A program made the translations under genes and the position numbers. This document shows, one piece after another, positions 48,539 to 58,850 of a DNA stretch of 64,000 bases. Every line of letters begins with the position of its first letter. Position 1 is the stretch's first letter. The DNA is from Thermodesulfobacteriota bacterium (GTDB lineage: Bacteria; Desulfobacterota_D; UBA1144; Nemesobacterales; Nemesobacteraceae): contig OZ242012.1 of the NCBI GenBank assembly GCA_965204795.1, positions 99,325 through 163,324 of the forward strand, in the 5' to 3' direction. The notes beneath the pieces are model-generated. The model did no database searches, had not been told where the DNA came from, and was given only the letters and a program-made list of their open reading frames with translations.

Positions 48539-49444
48539 ATGAGCATTATCAAATCTTTTTCCGTGGGAAACGGGGACATGTTCTACATAAAGCACAATGC
48601 CGACAGCTTCTCCATAATAGACTGCTGCATGAACGAGGAGGACAGGAGGGAGATTACGGAAGAGCTGAAATATCAATCTGGGTACAAGACCATCAAGCGA
48701 TTCATATCCACGCACCCCGACTATGACCACATAAGAGGACTTGCGTACCTCGACGGACAGATGCCCATAGTGAATTTTTACTGCGTGGCTAACAAAGCAA
48801 CCAAAAAAGACGAGACCGACGATTTCAGGGAATACTGCTCCTTGCGGGATTCTGACAAGGCTTACTATCTGAAAAAAGGATGCAGTCGGAAATGGCTGAA
48901 CGAATCCGACAATCAAAGGGGTGGAGCCGGAATTCACATACTCTGGCCGGACACGGGCAATCAACATTACAAAGACGCGCTCAAGCAGGCAGCAGACGGA
49001 GGCAGTCCCAACAACATTTCTCCTATCATACGGTATTCGCTTGAACATGGAGTCACCGCTCTGTGGATGGGCGACTTGGAAACCGACTTCATGAAGGCTA
49101 TAGGAGCGCCGCCGGGCCTCGGCAAAGTCGATATTCTCTTCGCTCCCCACCACGGAAGAAAGAGCGGAAGGGTGCCGAAATCCTGGCTGGACATCCTGAA
49201 CCCCGGGGTCATAGTCGTCGGAGAAGCTCCTTCCGAAGACCTGCACTATTACGGTTCCTATGACACGATAAAGCAGAATTCCGCCGGAACGCTGCTTTTC
49301 GAATGCGTACAGGGCCGGATAGACATATACGTGGAAAGTTCCTCGTATTCGGAATCCTTCCTTGAAAGTAAAGGCTTGCCAAGGATGAATCATGGCATGT
49401 TTTACATCGGCAGCTTGAATTGCGGCTCGGGGCAGAGAGTCTGA
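48539..49444 (+). CDS. second MBL-fold (ComEC-like) hydrolase
   Basis: SVGNGDMFYI, STHPDYDH, WMGDLE, APHHGR. Confidence 0.85.
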   Translation: MSIIKSFSVGNGDMFYIKHNADSFSIIDCCMNEEDRREITEELKYQSGYKTIKRFISTHPDYDHIRGLAYLDGQMPIVNFYCVANKATKKDETDDFREYCSLRDSDKAYYLKKGCSRKWLNESDNQRGGAGIHILWPDTGNQHYKDALKQAADGGSPNNISPIIRYSLEHGVTALWMGDLETDFMKAIGAPPGLGKVDILFAPHHGRKSGRVPKSWLDILNPGVIVVGEAPSEDLHYYGSYDTIKQNSAGTLLFECVQGRIDIYVESSSYSESFLESKGLPRMNHGMFYIGSLNCGSGQRV

Positions 49445-49484
49445 CTCGCGAAAGATAGCACACACTGACAGATAGGAAAAACGG

Positions 49485-49913
49485 ATGGAATTGCTGACCT
49501 TATATGTGGGCCAGGGGTCCTTGGCGGCGGTCAAGGAAAAAGGAAACCTGGAACCTTACATGCAACAGTTGAGGAATTACGACGCCCGGGACATTGAAGA
49601 GCACCTGTCCGCGTTGGATTTATCGAGAGACATCAGCGTAAGGGCGTTGAAATCCGGCATGTTGTCCGACATGGCCGAGTCTTCGATAAGGAAGAAAATA
49701 AAAAGTTTTCTTACGCCGGTGAAAGCCAAGTCTCATGGCCGCGCTATTTATGCCGAACAAGCGAAGGAATGCGGTTTGGAAGTTGAAATCAAGCCGCTTG
49801 AAGATGACGCGTGGTCGAAAATCTATGAGTTATGCTATTGAACAAACGACAGGCCGACTTCCGCTCCGACCTCGAAGCTGATCGAGAGCGGGAATTCCGG
49901 CTTTTTTCGTTGA
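49485..49913 (+). pseudogene. chimeric remnant: MBL-like N-terminus joined to the C-terminal half of an SDH/ClpP-fold protease, with internal stop
   Basis: MELLTLYVGQG (MBL first strand), then ...KSHGRAIY..QAKECGL...WSKIYEL; in-frame TGA at 49839-49841 followed by TND...SKLIESGNSGFFR*. Confidence 0.5.
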
Positions 49914-49927
49914 AGCGGGAGGACGAA

Positions 49928-50095
49928 ATGAAAGAGAAAAAAGACATGCCCGAAGAGCGGTCGAAAAAGCCGTCCGACGCGAAGAAGAGCCTCGACGACA
50001 TCATGAAGAGAATCGAGCCTTTTCTGCCCGAAGAAACCCAGGTTCTTCACAAGCAGTACAGCGAATGGAAAAGCGGCGGGCAAACCCGATATTGA
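49928..50095 (+). CDS. small hypothetical protein
   Basis: ATG at 49928 after GGAGG; 55 aa. Confidence 0.4.
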   Translation: MKEKKDMPEERSKKPSDAKKSLDDIMKRIEPFLPEETQVLHKQYSEWKSGGQTRY

Positions 50096-50123
50096 GGAAA
50101 AGAACAAAACCGCCCCCGGGCGG

Positions 50124-50876
50124 TCAGTCGGTCTTCCGACTCGCGTGCGTCCTCTCGTACCTGCGCACGGCGTCGTCGAGTCTTTTCATTGCCCGGGCGA
50201 TGTCGTCCGGCGGCCCCGCGCAGTCGGTTTCCTCTTCCCTGAATTCGCCTGAGGGAATTTTTTCCGGACGCGCGCTTTTTCCGCTTTCTTCGGCTTCGCG
50301 TTCTTTTCCTCCCGAAGGAAGTCTCGTTGCCCTTCGGGCGTAGCGGGTCAGCTTGTCGGGAACGACCTCGTCGACCGCCGCTAGGAGTTCGTCGTTCTCC
50401 ATCCCCGTGCGCCCGAACGCCTCTTTCAGTATGGCCTTGACCAGATGTCTTGAGCTTTGGTCGATTTCGGATGCGATATGGACCAGTTCCTTCTCGGGAG
50501 GATCTTCGGGCCGCGGCTCTACCACTATCCTTGAATCGTCGGAGAAATAAGCTTGAAGAGTGGCGAACAGCTTCTCGTAACGCTCGAAGGGGTCGCCTTG
50601 GGGAAAATTCCTGCGCGAACTCCAGAGCTTCAGGATCAGGTCCGCGCATTCGTCTTCGAGCGTCGGGTCCGTTCCGGCCGCCTCGATCTTCTCGGCCAGG
50701 TGATGAGCGATCCACTGACCGGTAACGTTGCGATGCTCCTCAGCCCCTATGTCCCTGGCTATCAGGGAGCCAAGTTCCAGCAGTTTTTCCGTCCGAGTTT
50801 TCGACGGTTCCGTTTCTTCTGAGGATGTAGACCCTGACGAAACGGACTTCTTTTCTGTCTTTTTCATTGTAGTCAC
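50124..50876 (-). CDS. avs3b: AVAST type 3 accessory protein Avs3b-like
   Basis: LLELGSLI...TGQWIAHHLAEKIEAA...CADLILKLWSSRRNFP..DPF; directly follows and overlaps Avs3a copy 2. Confidence 0.75.
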   Translation of the reverse strand: MTTMKKTEKKSVSSGSTSSEETEPSKTRTEKLLELGSLIARDIGAEEHRNVTGQWIAHHLAEKIEAAGTDPTLEDECADLILKLWSSRRNFPQGDPFERYEKLFATLQAYFSDDSRIVVEPRPEDPPEKELVHIASEIDQSSRHLVKAILKEAFGRTGMENDELLAAVDEVVPDKLTRYARRATRLPSGGKEREAEESGKSARPEKIPSGEFREEETDCAGPPDDIARAMKRLDDAVRRYERTHASRKTD

Positions 50877-53800
50877 CTTTGGATTTTCTTGTTTTGACTA
50901 CCGCTACAAGATCGTTTTCCAGATACTCCAGCGCCCGCGCGAGCGACTCGGCATCCATCGCGAGCCTGAACCCGTCGGTCGCCGTGTCGGACCGACTGCG
51001 CGCCCAGAGGTCGTGGTCGTCGTTGGGTTGAGTGCTCCACGCTTCGTAACGGCAGATTTCCCTTTCCGATTTGTCTGAACGCCACGTACCGCTCCACGGG
51101 CAGGGTCGGGAGAGTTTCAAGGATTCCGCGATTCGCGTCCCCGGTTCCCTGTCCACTCCCGTCGTTCCGTACCGCATCGGGTCGAACGAATCAAAGCCGT
51201 CGTAAGAATGGCTTGCGATAAGCGCGCCCGCCCGCGCGGCGAATTTTTCAATCCGTTTTTCGTCGTCGTCGTCGAGATCTTCTTCGTTCGGCACTTCCAT
51301 GTACCACGGGTCCCGCGCCGCCTCGAACGCCCTGAGAAGCGCCCCTGCCGTTTCCGGCGGCACCAGAGAACATTCCACCCGGACGGTTTGCGCGGCTTCC
51401 CGTTTTCCCGAAAGATACCTTATCGTTTCCCGATACGAGGAGATGATCGGTTCTCCCCGCGTCTCCGTGAACAGCTCGGCGAGCGAGTCTCGTTCTTCCG
51501 GAGGTTTCAGGCAGTCGGGGTCGGACACGCCTGGTCGCAGCCAGTATCTGGGTTCCGGCGGTATTGGCCCGCGCAGGTCGGAGAGCCACGTGCCCGCGTA
51601 CAGAGTGTCCCAGCGCTTGATCCATTCCTCGAAAGGAATTTCGTCGCAGTCTTCATGTTCCGCGAGCTTCCGCGTTTTCAGGAACTCGCCGACAACGACG
51701 CACATGGCGTGCCATTCGAGATACCGCGGGTACGGTTCCGCGGGGAGGTAGCTTCCCCCGTGTCTCGACATGGCCGATTGGCTGAGATGCCTGCGGCGGT
51801 CGTTGAGCCGATATTCGTCGTCCTTGTTTGCGAACCCCTGCTTGACGATCCAGCTGTACGCCCGCTCGAGAAATTCTTCCGCGGACACGTCCGCGAAAAC
51901 CTCCAGGGCCGGATCGTACCAGTACGGCAGAGTGTCCAGAATATCGAAACTGAGACGTACGCCGTCCGGCATTTCCATGGAACCGAGAGCGCCTCCGACC
52001 CGTCGCTCGGACAGTTTCGAGCTACCCTCGAGAGGGTGGGCAAGAAGCTTCGCCCGGTCGGCGGACACTCTGGGCGTTCCCGCGGTCTTGTCCGTCTGCG
52101 TCAGCGCCCGTTTCACGTAGTGCTCTATCATGACGTGGGGCGGACCGTCGGTCGCGAGCCGCAGGACGTCGCTGTCGACCGCCGCTACGGTTTCGGGAGA
52201 TTCGAACGCGATGCGGGCCAGGGTCATCGCCAGAAACAGCCGCGCGGTCAGTTCGTGAAACGGCATGTCGCCGAACGCGTAGGTTCTGGGCTCGGCGGAC
52301 AGTGCGTGTCGAACGAGAGCCGGGACGACGCCTGTTTCGCCCAGCCGGACGAACGCCCGGACGGAATGCGCGGCGCGCCAGCGGAGGCGCACGTCCATGT
52401 CCCCGAGAAAGCGGTAGAGAAACGCGGCGGCGATTTCGTCTGGAGCGTCCGGCAGGTCGTCAACCGGAATGTCGTGTCGCTCCGGCGATGTCTCCCGAAC
52501 TTTGACTCTGTCGTCCAGCCTCGAGACGTACCAGTCGAACACTTCTCCCGCTTGCTCCTCGGGCAGGGCGCCGACCAGCATCGCGGTGTATTTCAGAAGA
52601 CCGTTCGAGCTTGCCCTGTGGGCGTTTTTCTCCACCGCGGCGACGATAGTGTCCCTGAGCTTCTCGCCTGTAAGGCCCGACTCTTTGACCAGAGACTCGA
52701 AAGTCTCGGTGCCGTGAACCATAATCGTCGGACTCAGTTCGACGAGCAGACCGGGAAGGTTTTTTCTCGCCCACCCCTTCACGGCTTCTCCTTCCCACTT
52801 CTTCAGGCGGTCCGCTATGTGCGACGCCTTGTTCGCGGGATAAGGTTTTGACTTGGCTATGCGGGCGAGCGCGTCCAGATGCCCGATTCGGTCGCCGGGC
52901 TTGACTCGTGCCGCCAGGGCGGAGTAATAGGTCTTTTCGTCGCGATAGCCGGCGGCCCGGTTGGTCTCCATCGTAGCCGACATAGAGTCGGGGTCAAGAA
53001 CGTCGACTCCCGACCAGTTGGGTTTTTGCTGGTTTTCGGCGCCGGTTCCGGGAAGCGGGTAGGAGTCCGTCGCCGGTTTTTCCGCAAGAGAGTTGCTTTT
53101 CAGAAACGCATGCGCGTCGGCCAGATTCCTGAATGCGGCGTTGGGTTTCCCGAGCGATTCCGCCAGGCGTTTGAGCTGTCCGCTCATCTCCTTCGGCGCG
53201 TCCGGAGCGAGATTCGTCAGTTCGCGTCCGGCGACCTCGGTAAGAATCTTGTCGCCGACGCTTTCGGGGAGTTCTTTTGCGGACTCGCATATCGAATCCG
53301 TCAGGAAGGGGCCGTGGTCTCCCGCAAGCAGGGAAAGCGCCGCTACATGAGACGCGGGCAAGGTCTTGCGGCTGAGAGCCTTTCGCAAAAAGATTTCCAC
53401 GTACATGTCCGTCTCGACGAATCCCTCGTCCGCCCACCGGTTGAGGACGCAGGCGGCTACGGGAGTCGACAAGGAGGCGATGGCTTCCATTGACCTTGCG
53501 TACGGGAAGTTCTTTTCGTCTCCCAGAAGCATGTCGGCCCGCCTGACGAGCCTCGCGGTATCTTCGGCGCGCTTTCGGTTCCCGGGAACGTCTTTGGAGA
53601 ACCTGCCCGCCATTTCCAGAAGGCAGTCGAGCTGATGAATCAGTTCATAGTCGATGTCCTCGACGGTCTTCAGGGCTTTTTCGAAGTACGTGCGCGAATA
53701 GGCGTCGCTGACCGGAAGCAGGAGACGGCTGATTCTTATCAATGCGGAGGCTTTTTCCATGGGGCGCGAATTGGAATTTTCAAGAGACTGGACATAGTCG

Positions 53801-56800
53801 TCGAGGAGGTTTATGACCTTGTCGAAGAAATCGCCGCCGCACGTCGCAAGCTGCAGGCTGTCGAACGGCCAGGCTCTTGGAGTCAAGTTGTCGAAAAAGT
53901 CGAGCGCATGGCCGACATTCGTTCCGTTTATGATATGAAGGTCGAAAACTCGGCGGCCGAGCATTTCTGCGGTAAGTTCGAGTTCCCAGGAGCGTACCCT
54001 TGAAAAAATGGCCTTGGCCTTTTCCAGCAGGCCGCCAGCGGCTCCGTTCGGGTCCTCGTCCGGTTTCTTTGCGTACCCGGCCGCGAGAGCCGCGTAAAAC
54101 GGTAGCAATAGTTCGGCATCGCGGATGTTTCCTTCAAAAGGTCGGGGGCGTTTTGTACCGGAATCACTGTCGGTATCTCTTTGAATCTCGGGAAACTGAA
54201 AAACATTCTTGACTTCAAGAGCAACATTTTCGCCGGGGTTTTCCAGACGGGCCGCTCTGAAACAGAAGTCGATAAGATAAGGTCTGATTAGCATCGCATG
54301 CTCGATTTTGCGCTCGTTTCGCGGCAAGATTTTTCCGACGAGTTCGGCGATGCGTCCGCTGTCGACTCCGCGTCTTCCACAGAGCTCGGCGAAGAAAAGA
54401 AGGTCATCGACCAGCAGGCGGCTCTTCGATCTTTCGAACTTTCGAAGGTCGCCGATGTTGATGCATCCGAAGTTGAAGTCCATTAGGGCTTCTAGACCGT
54501 CTTCAAGCTCTTCGGCCGAAATTTCTCCTCCGCGCCGCTTGACGAGCACGCAGGCGATCCAGCGTTGCCGCCGGTTCATCTCTTGCCTGATGCTTCTTAT
54601 CCGTTCGCAGCCTTCGCTGAGCGCGACGAATTTGAGGAGTTCATATTTCAGAAACACTGAAAGTAACTCCGAACAGCGCTCGCAATGCTTCTCCGCCTTT
54701 TTCCAGCCGTCGTTCTTGTAAAATCCCGTGACCACGGCCACAACCTCGTCTTTTTCAGGGTTCCAGCCGTCTTGATCTCTTGAACGGTTTTTCTCCTGAA
54801 CTCGGCGAAACGCTTCGCGGGACGCCGGGGCATTTCCAGCGAGCGCGTACTCCCTGCTCAGGTACGCGAGGAGAGGTCCCTGTCTCCCCCGTTGCTCTAG
54901 GTCGTTAAGAACGAGTCTGCATATTTCTTCTTGGCAAAATCGCGCCGACAAGTCCAGATTTTCAATCAGCGTCTCATTGGTTTTCCAGTCGGTTTCGATA
55001 GCTTCGGAACCGATGAGAATTCTTTTAACCGCTTTGACATCGTCGTTGTACAGGGAAATGACCGACATGGAAATCTGCAGTCTTGCGAGATCGGTTCGGC
55101 GACGAACTCCGATGTCCTCGATGGCCCGCGTCGAATCTTCTTCGTCAAGCAGATTGAAAATTTCTTCATTGCGCCCCGCGGCCAGCAGGGCGTCAAACAA
55201 GTGAATCGCCGCGTATTCCGAATCGAAACGGTTGTCGTGCAGTGTGTCCGCGATGCGCTGCCTTGATTCGTCCGTGCGGTTGGCGCCTCGCTTTTCGCAG
55301 AAATTTTCGAAATCCTCGTTTGCGAGCTCGACTCCCCGCCCGACGGCTCGAAGGTTCGGAACCAGTTCTCCGCAAATTTCTTCAATGCGGTTCTCGTCCG
55401 TACCGCAGACGGTACCGAGCAATCTCGCCGGAATGGGAAAAGGCATGATCGAGACCGCGGCGCAGAAAAGCTCTTGAAAAGCATCTTCGCCGCCTGCCCG
55501 CAAAAAAGCCTCGTTCATCTGGTTTCTGTAAATGTCTTCCAGAGATTTTCCGTGCGGTCGGAGAAATTCCAAGGCTTCCGCGAACCTGTCGCGGCCAGCC
55601 AGGGCGGACGCCTGAACCCTCGGGTTGCCGCCCGACAGGTGATGAAAGTCTTCAACTGAACTGCGGGGCAGGCGGGGAAACCGTTGCGCCAGAAATCTCC
55701 CGGTTTCTTCCGGTGAAAAAGGCGGGCAGGCGACTTCCTTACGTTCAAGCGGCAGGTTCAGGGAATTCTTGCGGCTGGTTCTCGTGCTGATCACGATCCG
55801 GACATTGTCCGGCAATTCACTCATTCGCACCAGGTCGTGGACGAAGCATTCGTCTGCGGGAGTGGGTATCTGGGACGCGGCGACGGCGTTGTCGGCCGCG
55901 TCGATCAGTATTACCAGAAGGGCCCCGGTTTTGCCGGTTTCAATCAGCTCCGCCGCCTGTTCCAGGCGCCTTCGAAAAGATTTTATGACATCTGGGTCGT
56001 CTGTGTTCGGTACCGGAAACAGAGAAGGCGTTTTCGTCTTGCGGGCCAGTTCGTTCGACAGCTGCGTGAAAGCTTCCCGAGGACGATGACGGTATCGCGA
56101 CGGGTCTCGATAGCCCCCTGCTCCGTAGCAGTCGTACAGGACGACTTTCGACCCCGGCAGTAAGGCTTCGAGTCCTTGGACGACGGAGGTTTTCCCGTGC
56201 CCCCCGCCTCCATGAAAACAGACCAGCCCGCTGTTTCTGACCGCCTCGGCAAGACCGGAAGCGACGGACCTCTCGATGAGATTCTCCGCGGTTTCCAGTC
56301 TCGCCTCGCATGGAAACAGTCCTGACGACCAGCCGACGCCTAACCAGCTCTCGACCGTAATCCGCGTAATCCGCTCGCCCCGTCCCTCCGGCAGCATCCG
56401 CTTGTTTACTTCCATCAGGATTCTGCTGGAAGTGTCTCTGGCGTCGGTGTCGATCATTTTACCGATCTTTCTTGTTACGTCAGTTTCAAGCTCGGCCCGG
56501 GACCGCTCCCCACCCTTCAAGTCCAGGCACTCGCAGAACAGTCTCGGTTTCGTCTTTGGCAATCCGGTCGCCTTGCGCAGTTTTTCGGCTTGCTCGGAGT
56601 CCATTTTTCCGTCGCTGATTCGTTTCACAATATCCGCCAGAGACGGTGAAATAGACTGATTGGTGACGAGGGAAATCGTTACGGTCTTTCTTGCGTCTTC
56701 ATAATTCAGCCCGCACTCTTTGATAATCCCGTTGAAGGCGTCGGCCAATCGTCGGGCGACCGAGTTGTTCCCTCTTTGTTTCGTGTTCCTCGTAAGTCGT

Positions 56801-57099
56801 CCCAAGGTCCAATTCTTTTCTGGAGCCGTAGGCGAATACCTGAGCTGAACGATCTCTATCCGGTCGAACGGATCCTCTTCCGATTCTCCGTAGAATAATG
56901 CGCAGTCGACTCCGTCCCATGACCGGTTGTTTTCTCCTGAACTTGCGGCGGGTATGCCTTCGACCGTCAGGCAGACCAGCCGGGACTCGGGGTCAAGCAA
57001 CTCCAGCGCTTTTCTCATTGCCCAGATTTCGTGAAACGCGTCCCCCGCGTTCGAGGCGCGCGCTCCTAGGAAATCTATATTGCCGGCTTTCGGTTTCAT
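50740..57099 (-). CDS. avs3a: AVAST type 3 STAND NTPase/nuclease Avs3a-like, copy 2
   Basis: RASNAGDAFHEIW, VDCALFYG, VQLRYS; Walker A GGGGHGKT; YDCYGAGGYR; Walker B IDAADNA; GGNPRVQ; RWRAAH; DTLPYWY; followed by Avs3b. Confidence 0.8.
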   Translation of the reverse strand: MKPKAGNIDFLGARASNAGDAFHEIWAMRKALELLDPESRLVCLTVEGIPAASSGENNRSWDGVDCALFYGESEEDPFDRIEIVQLRYSPTAPEKNWTLGRLTRNTKQRGNNSVARRLADAFNGIIKECGLNYEDARKTVTISLVTNQSISPSLADIVKRISDGKMDSEQAEKLRKATGLPKTKPRLFCECLDLKGGERSRAELETDVTRKIGKMIDTDARDTSSRILMEVNKRMLPEGRGERITRITVESWLGVGWSSGLFPCEARLETAENLIERSVASGLAEAVRNSGLVCFHGGGGHGKTSVVQGLEALLPGSKVVLYDCYGAGGYRDPSRYRHRPREAFTQLSNELARKTKTPSLFPVPNTDDPDVIKSFRRRLEQAAELIETGKTGALLVILIDAADNAVAASQIPTPADECFVHDLVRMSELPDNVRIVISTRTSRKNSLNLPLERKEVACPPFSPEETGRFLAQRFPRLPRSSVEDFHHLSGGNPRVQASALAGRDRFAEALEFLRPHGKSLEDIYRNQMNEAFLRAGGEDAFQELFCAAVSIMPFPIPARLLGTVCGTDENRIEEICGELVPNLRAVGRGVELANEDFENFCEKRGANRTDESRQRIADTLHDNRFDSEYAAIHLFDALLAAGRNEEIFNLLDEEDSTRAIEDIGVRRRTDLARLQISMSVISLYNDDVKAVKRILIGSEAIETDWKTNETLIENLDLSARFCQEEICRLVLNDLEQRGRQGPLLAYLSREYALAGNAPASREAFRRVQEKNRSRDQDGWNPEKDEVVAVVTGFYKNDGWKKAEKHCERCSELLSVFLKYELLKFVALSEGCERIRSIRQEMNRRQRWIACVLVKRRGGEISAEELEDGLEALMDFNFGCINIGDLRKFERSKSRLLVDDLLFFAELCGRRGVDSGRIAELVGKILPRNERKIEHAMLIRPYLIDFCFRAARLENPGENVALEVKNVFQFPEIQRDTDSDSGTKRPRPFEGNIRDAELLLPFYAALAAGYAKKPDEDPNGAAGGLLEKAKAIFSRVRSWELELTAEMLGRRVFDLHIINGTNVGHALDFFDNLTPRAWPFDSLQLATCGGDFFDKVINLLDDYVQSLENSNSRPMEKASALIRISRLLLPVSDAYSRTYFEKALKTVEDIDYELIHQLDCLLEMAGRFSKDVPGNRKRAEDTARLVRRADMLLGDEKNFPYARSMEAIASLSTPVAACVLNRWADEGFVETDMYVEIFLRKALSRKTLPASHVAALSLLAGDHGPFLTDSICESAKELPESVGDKILTEVAGRELTNLAPDAPKEMSGQLKRLAESLGKPNAAFRNLADAHAFLKSNSLAEKPATDSYPLPGTGAENQQKPNWSGVDVLDPDSMSATMETNRAAGYRDEKTYYSALAARVKPGDRIGHLDALARIAKSKPYPANKASHIADRLKKWEGEAVKGWARKNLPGLLVELSPTIMVHGTETFESLVKESGLTGEKLRDTIVAAVEKNAHRASSNGLLKYTAMLVGALPEEQAGEVFDWYVSRLDDRVKVRETSPERHDIPVDDLPDAPDEIAAAFLYRFLGDMDVRLRWRAAHSVRAFVRLGETGVVPALVRHALSAEPRTYAFGDMPFHELTARLFLAMTLARIAFESPETVAAVDSDVLRLATDGPPHVMIEHYVKRALTQTDKTAGTPRVSADRAKLLAHPLEGSSKLSERRVGGALGSMEMPDGVRLSFDILDTLPYWYDPALEVFADVSAEEFLERAYSWIVKQGFANKDDEYRLNDRRRHLSQSAMSRHGGSYLPAEPYPRYLEWHAMCVVVGEFLKTRKLAEHEDCDEIPFEEWIKRWDTLYAGTWLSDLRGPIPPEPRYWLRPGVSDPDCLKPPEERDSLAELFTETRGEPIISSYRETIRYLSGKREAAQTVRVECSLVPPETAGALLRAFEAARDPWYMEVPNEEDLDDDDEKRIEKFAARAGALIASHSYDGFDSFDPMRYGTTGVDREPGTRIAESLKLSRPCPWSGTWRSDKSEREICRYEAWSTQPNDDHDLWARSRSDTATDGFRLAMDAESLARALEYLENDLVAVVKTRKSKGDYNEKDRKEVRFVRVYILRRNGTVENSDGKTAGTWLPDSQGHRG

Positions 57100-57340
57100 G
57101 TTCCGGGAAAAGATCTGTTTGAAGTCGTATTCGCGGATTTCCGCAAGGTTCCTCTCCCCCCTATTATACCGTGCGGGGCCGTTGAGACGGACGCCGGAGG
57201 GTCGTCGCTTCCCGAATTTCCGGCAAGGCGCCGCCTTGGCGGGCCTCTCCGCTTTGCGTCTTTCGGACTCTGCGATAAGCTAGAGACGGGGGAGAGGTTT
57301 GGGGGTTGTCGGAGCGCGTTTCGCGGCGGGAGGTTCCGCA

Positions 57341-58189
57341 ATGAATGAAATCAGACCGCTTGAAGAAGAAATAGGAACGGACGATTATTTGCGGGGCATG
57401 AATGAAGGAAATACGGGAATATTTTCCTCCATCTGTCTTCAGAACAAAAAACCCGTGGCGGGAAAAAGTTTTGACGTTCTGAAAAACCGGAACACCAATT
57501 ACCTTCAGCTTGTTCAGTCTTTCGCCAGAATAACGGAAGTGGAGGGTTTTACGCCGGAAAGAAAAAGCGACCGGATATGGGAGGCATGGCTCAACTTCGT
57601 CAAACACAGAGAAGGCGCGTTCCTTTTCGGAAAACCCGACGGCGACGTGTTAAGTTCGGAAGAGAAAAAGAGAACGAAGACCGGCGGTTTCGTACACTGG
57701 ATGGAAAGTTCGCCCTCGCTCGACACGATCATCGACGTCAACGGGCATCTGTCGGAATCCCTGTTCATGGAATTGATTGCTCCTTTGATACGCGACAAGC
57801 CCGGAGGGGAAGACTCGAGGATAGTCGCGATATGCGGGTCCGCGGCATGTTACTCGCTCGTCATGCTGTTTCCGGAAGAAGCGACGGTCGGCCGCTGGCC
57901 TCTCCACTGTCCCTACCTCTGGAGAATCGGAATTTCTGACAATGTCCGGTTGGAAATTTACCGGCATTTGCTTCTCGACAGCTACGGTTACGAAAACTCG
58001 GTATTCCTGATAACTCCCGAGGATGTGGGGATGCGGGCGCTGGAACATTACGGTTGCGACCCGTGCATAAGGGATATAAGCCGCCCGGAATATCATTATG
58101 TGGAAGAAGAGATTTTCGCGGTGGAGGGCTTCTGGATGGATTCTCCCGAACTGCACAGGATTGTCAGGAACGTGAAACCCTCCTGGTAG
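57341..58189 (+). CDS. hypothetical protein
   Basis: ATG at 57341 after GGAGG; 282 aa; no motif recognised. Confidence 0.65.
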   Translation: MNEIRPLEEEIGTDDYLRGMNEGNTGIFSSICLQNKKPVAGKSFDVLKNRNTNYLQLVQSFARITEVEGFTPERKSDRIWEAWLNFVKHREGAFLFGKPDGDVLSSEEKKRTKTGGFVHWMESSPSLDTIIDVNGHLSESLFMELIAPLIRDKPGGEDSRIVAICGSAACYSLVMLFPEEATVGRWPLHCPYLWRIGISDNVRLEIYRHLLLDSYGYENSVFLITPEDVGMRALEHYGCDPCIRDISRPEYHYVEEEIFAVEGFWMDSPELHRIVRNVKPSW

Positions 58190-58403
58190 CGAGGTCAGTC
58201 ATGACGATTCGATTCTCCTCTCTGAAAGTTCTCGCTCTTTTCGGTCTGCCCGTCCGCCGCTTGCGGACTCGCGGGTCGAATCATGATGACTCTTTTGATT
58301 CTTGTGATACTCTTATCGGTGCTTTATTGACGGTTAAATTCCGAAGGACTTACTTAAACGGACAAAGAAGGAAAAGCCTGATTTTTAAGGAGGTTGAAGT
58401 TAC

Positions 58404-58751
58404 ATGACAAGGCAACCGAGCGTAGAAATTAAGAACGACGCGTGGTTTTGGCGTTGGGTATATAATCGAGCGCCCATAGACAACGACCCTAGGGGAGACC
58501 TGATAAAGCTCGTACAGAAACTCAATGTTACAGGAACAAGGCCAGGGGTGCTTCCGTTACTGCCCGACTTGACTGAACACCGAGAAGCGGTCGAAAGGCT
58601 ACGGGAACAGTATAATAGGGAACGGCAAGACATGAAGGATTCTCGGGACAGGGGCGCAATAGATATGGGAAGCGAAGAAAGTCTGGAGATTCTAAGAAAA
58701 TCGTTTGGCCCCGAACACAAAGATGATGTGCCTCCTGACCCGGACATGTAA
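58404..58751 (+). CDS. hypothetical protein
   Basis: 115 aa with an AAGGAGGT RBS. Confidence 0.6.
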   Translation: MTRQPSVEIKNDAWFWRWVYNRAPIDNDPRGDLIKLVQKLNVTGTRPGVLPLLPDLTEHREAVERLREQYNRERQDMKDSRDRGAIDMGSEESLEILRKSFGPEHKDDVPPDPDM

Positions 58752-58850
58752 GGAACCTCTGCAAGGCTTGCGGTTCCAACGATCAAACCGGACACGTCGC
58801 TTTCTTCAACCCCCGTACACAAAATTCAAACACGACTCATCCTGTCTGCC

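Noticed and set aside
43824-49444. Calling the operon CBASS or Pycsar
   Set aside because: No nucleotidyltransferase (GS...DxD) or cyclase gene is visible; the MBL occupies that position.
50740-50876. 137-nt overlap between avs3a and avs3b as a sign of frameshift
   Set aside because: Both frames read as plausible termini and the avs3b start may be further downstream; nothing requires a frameshift.
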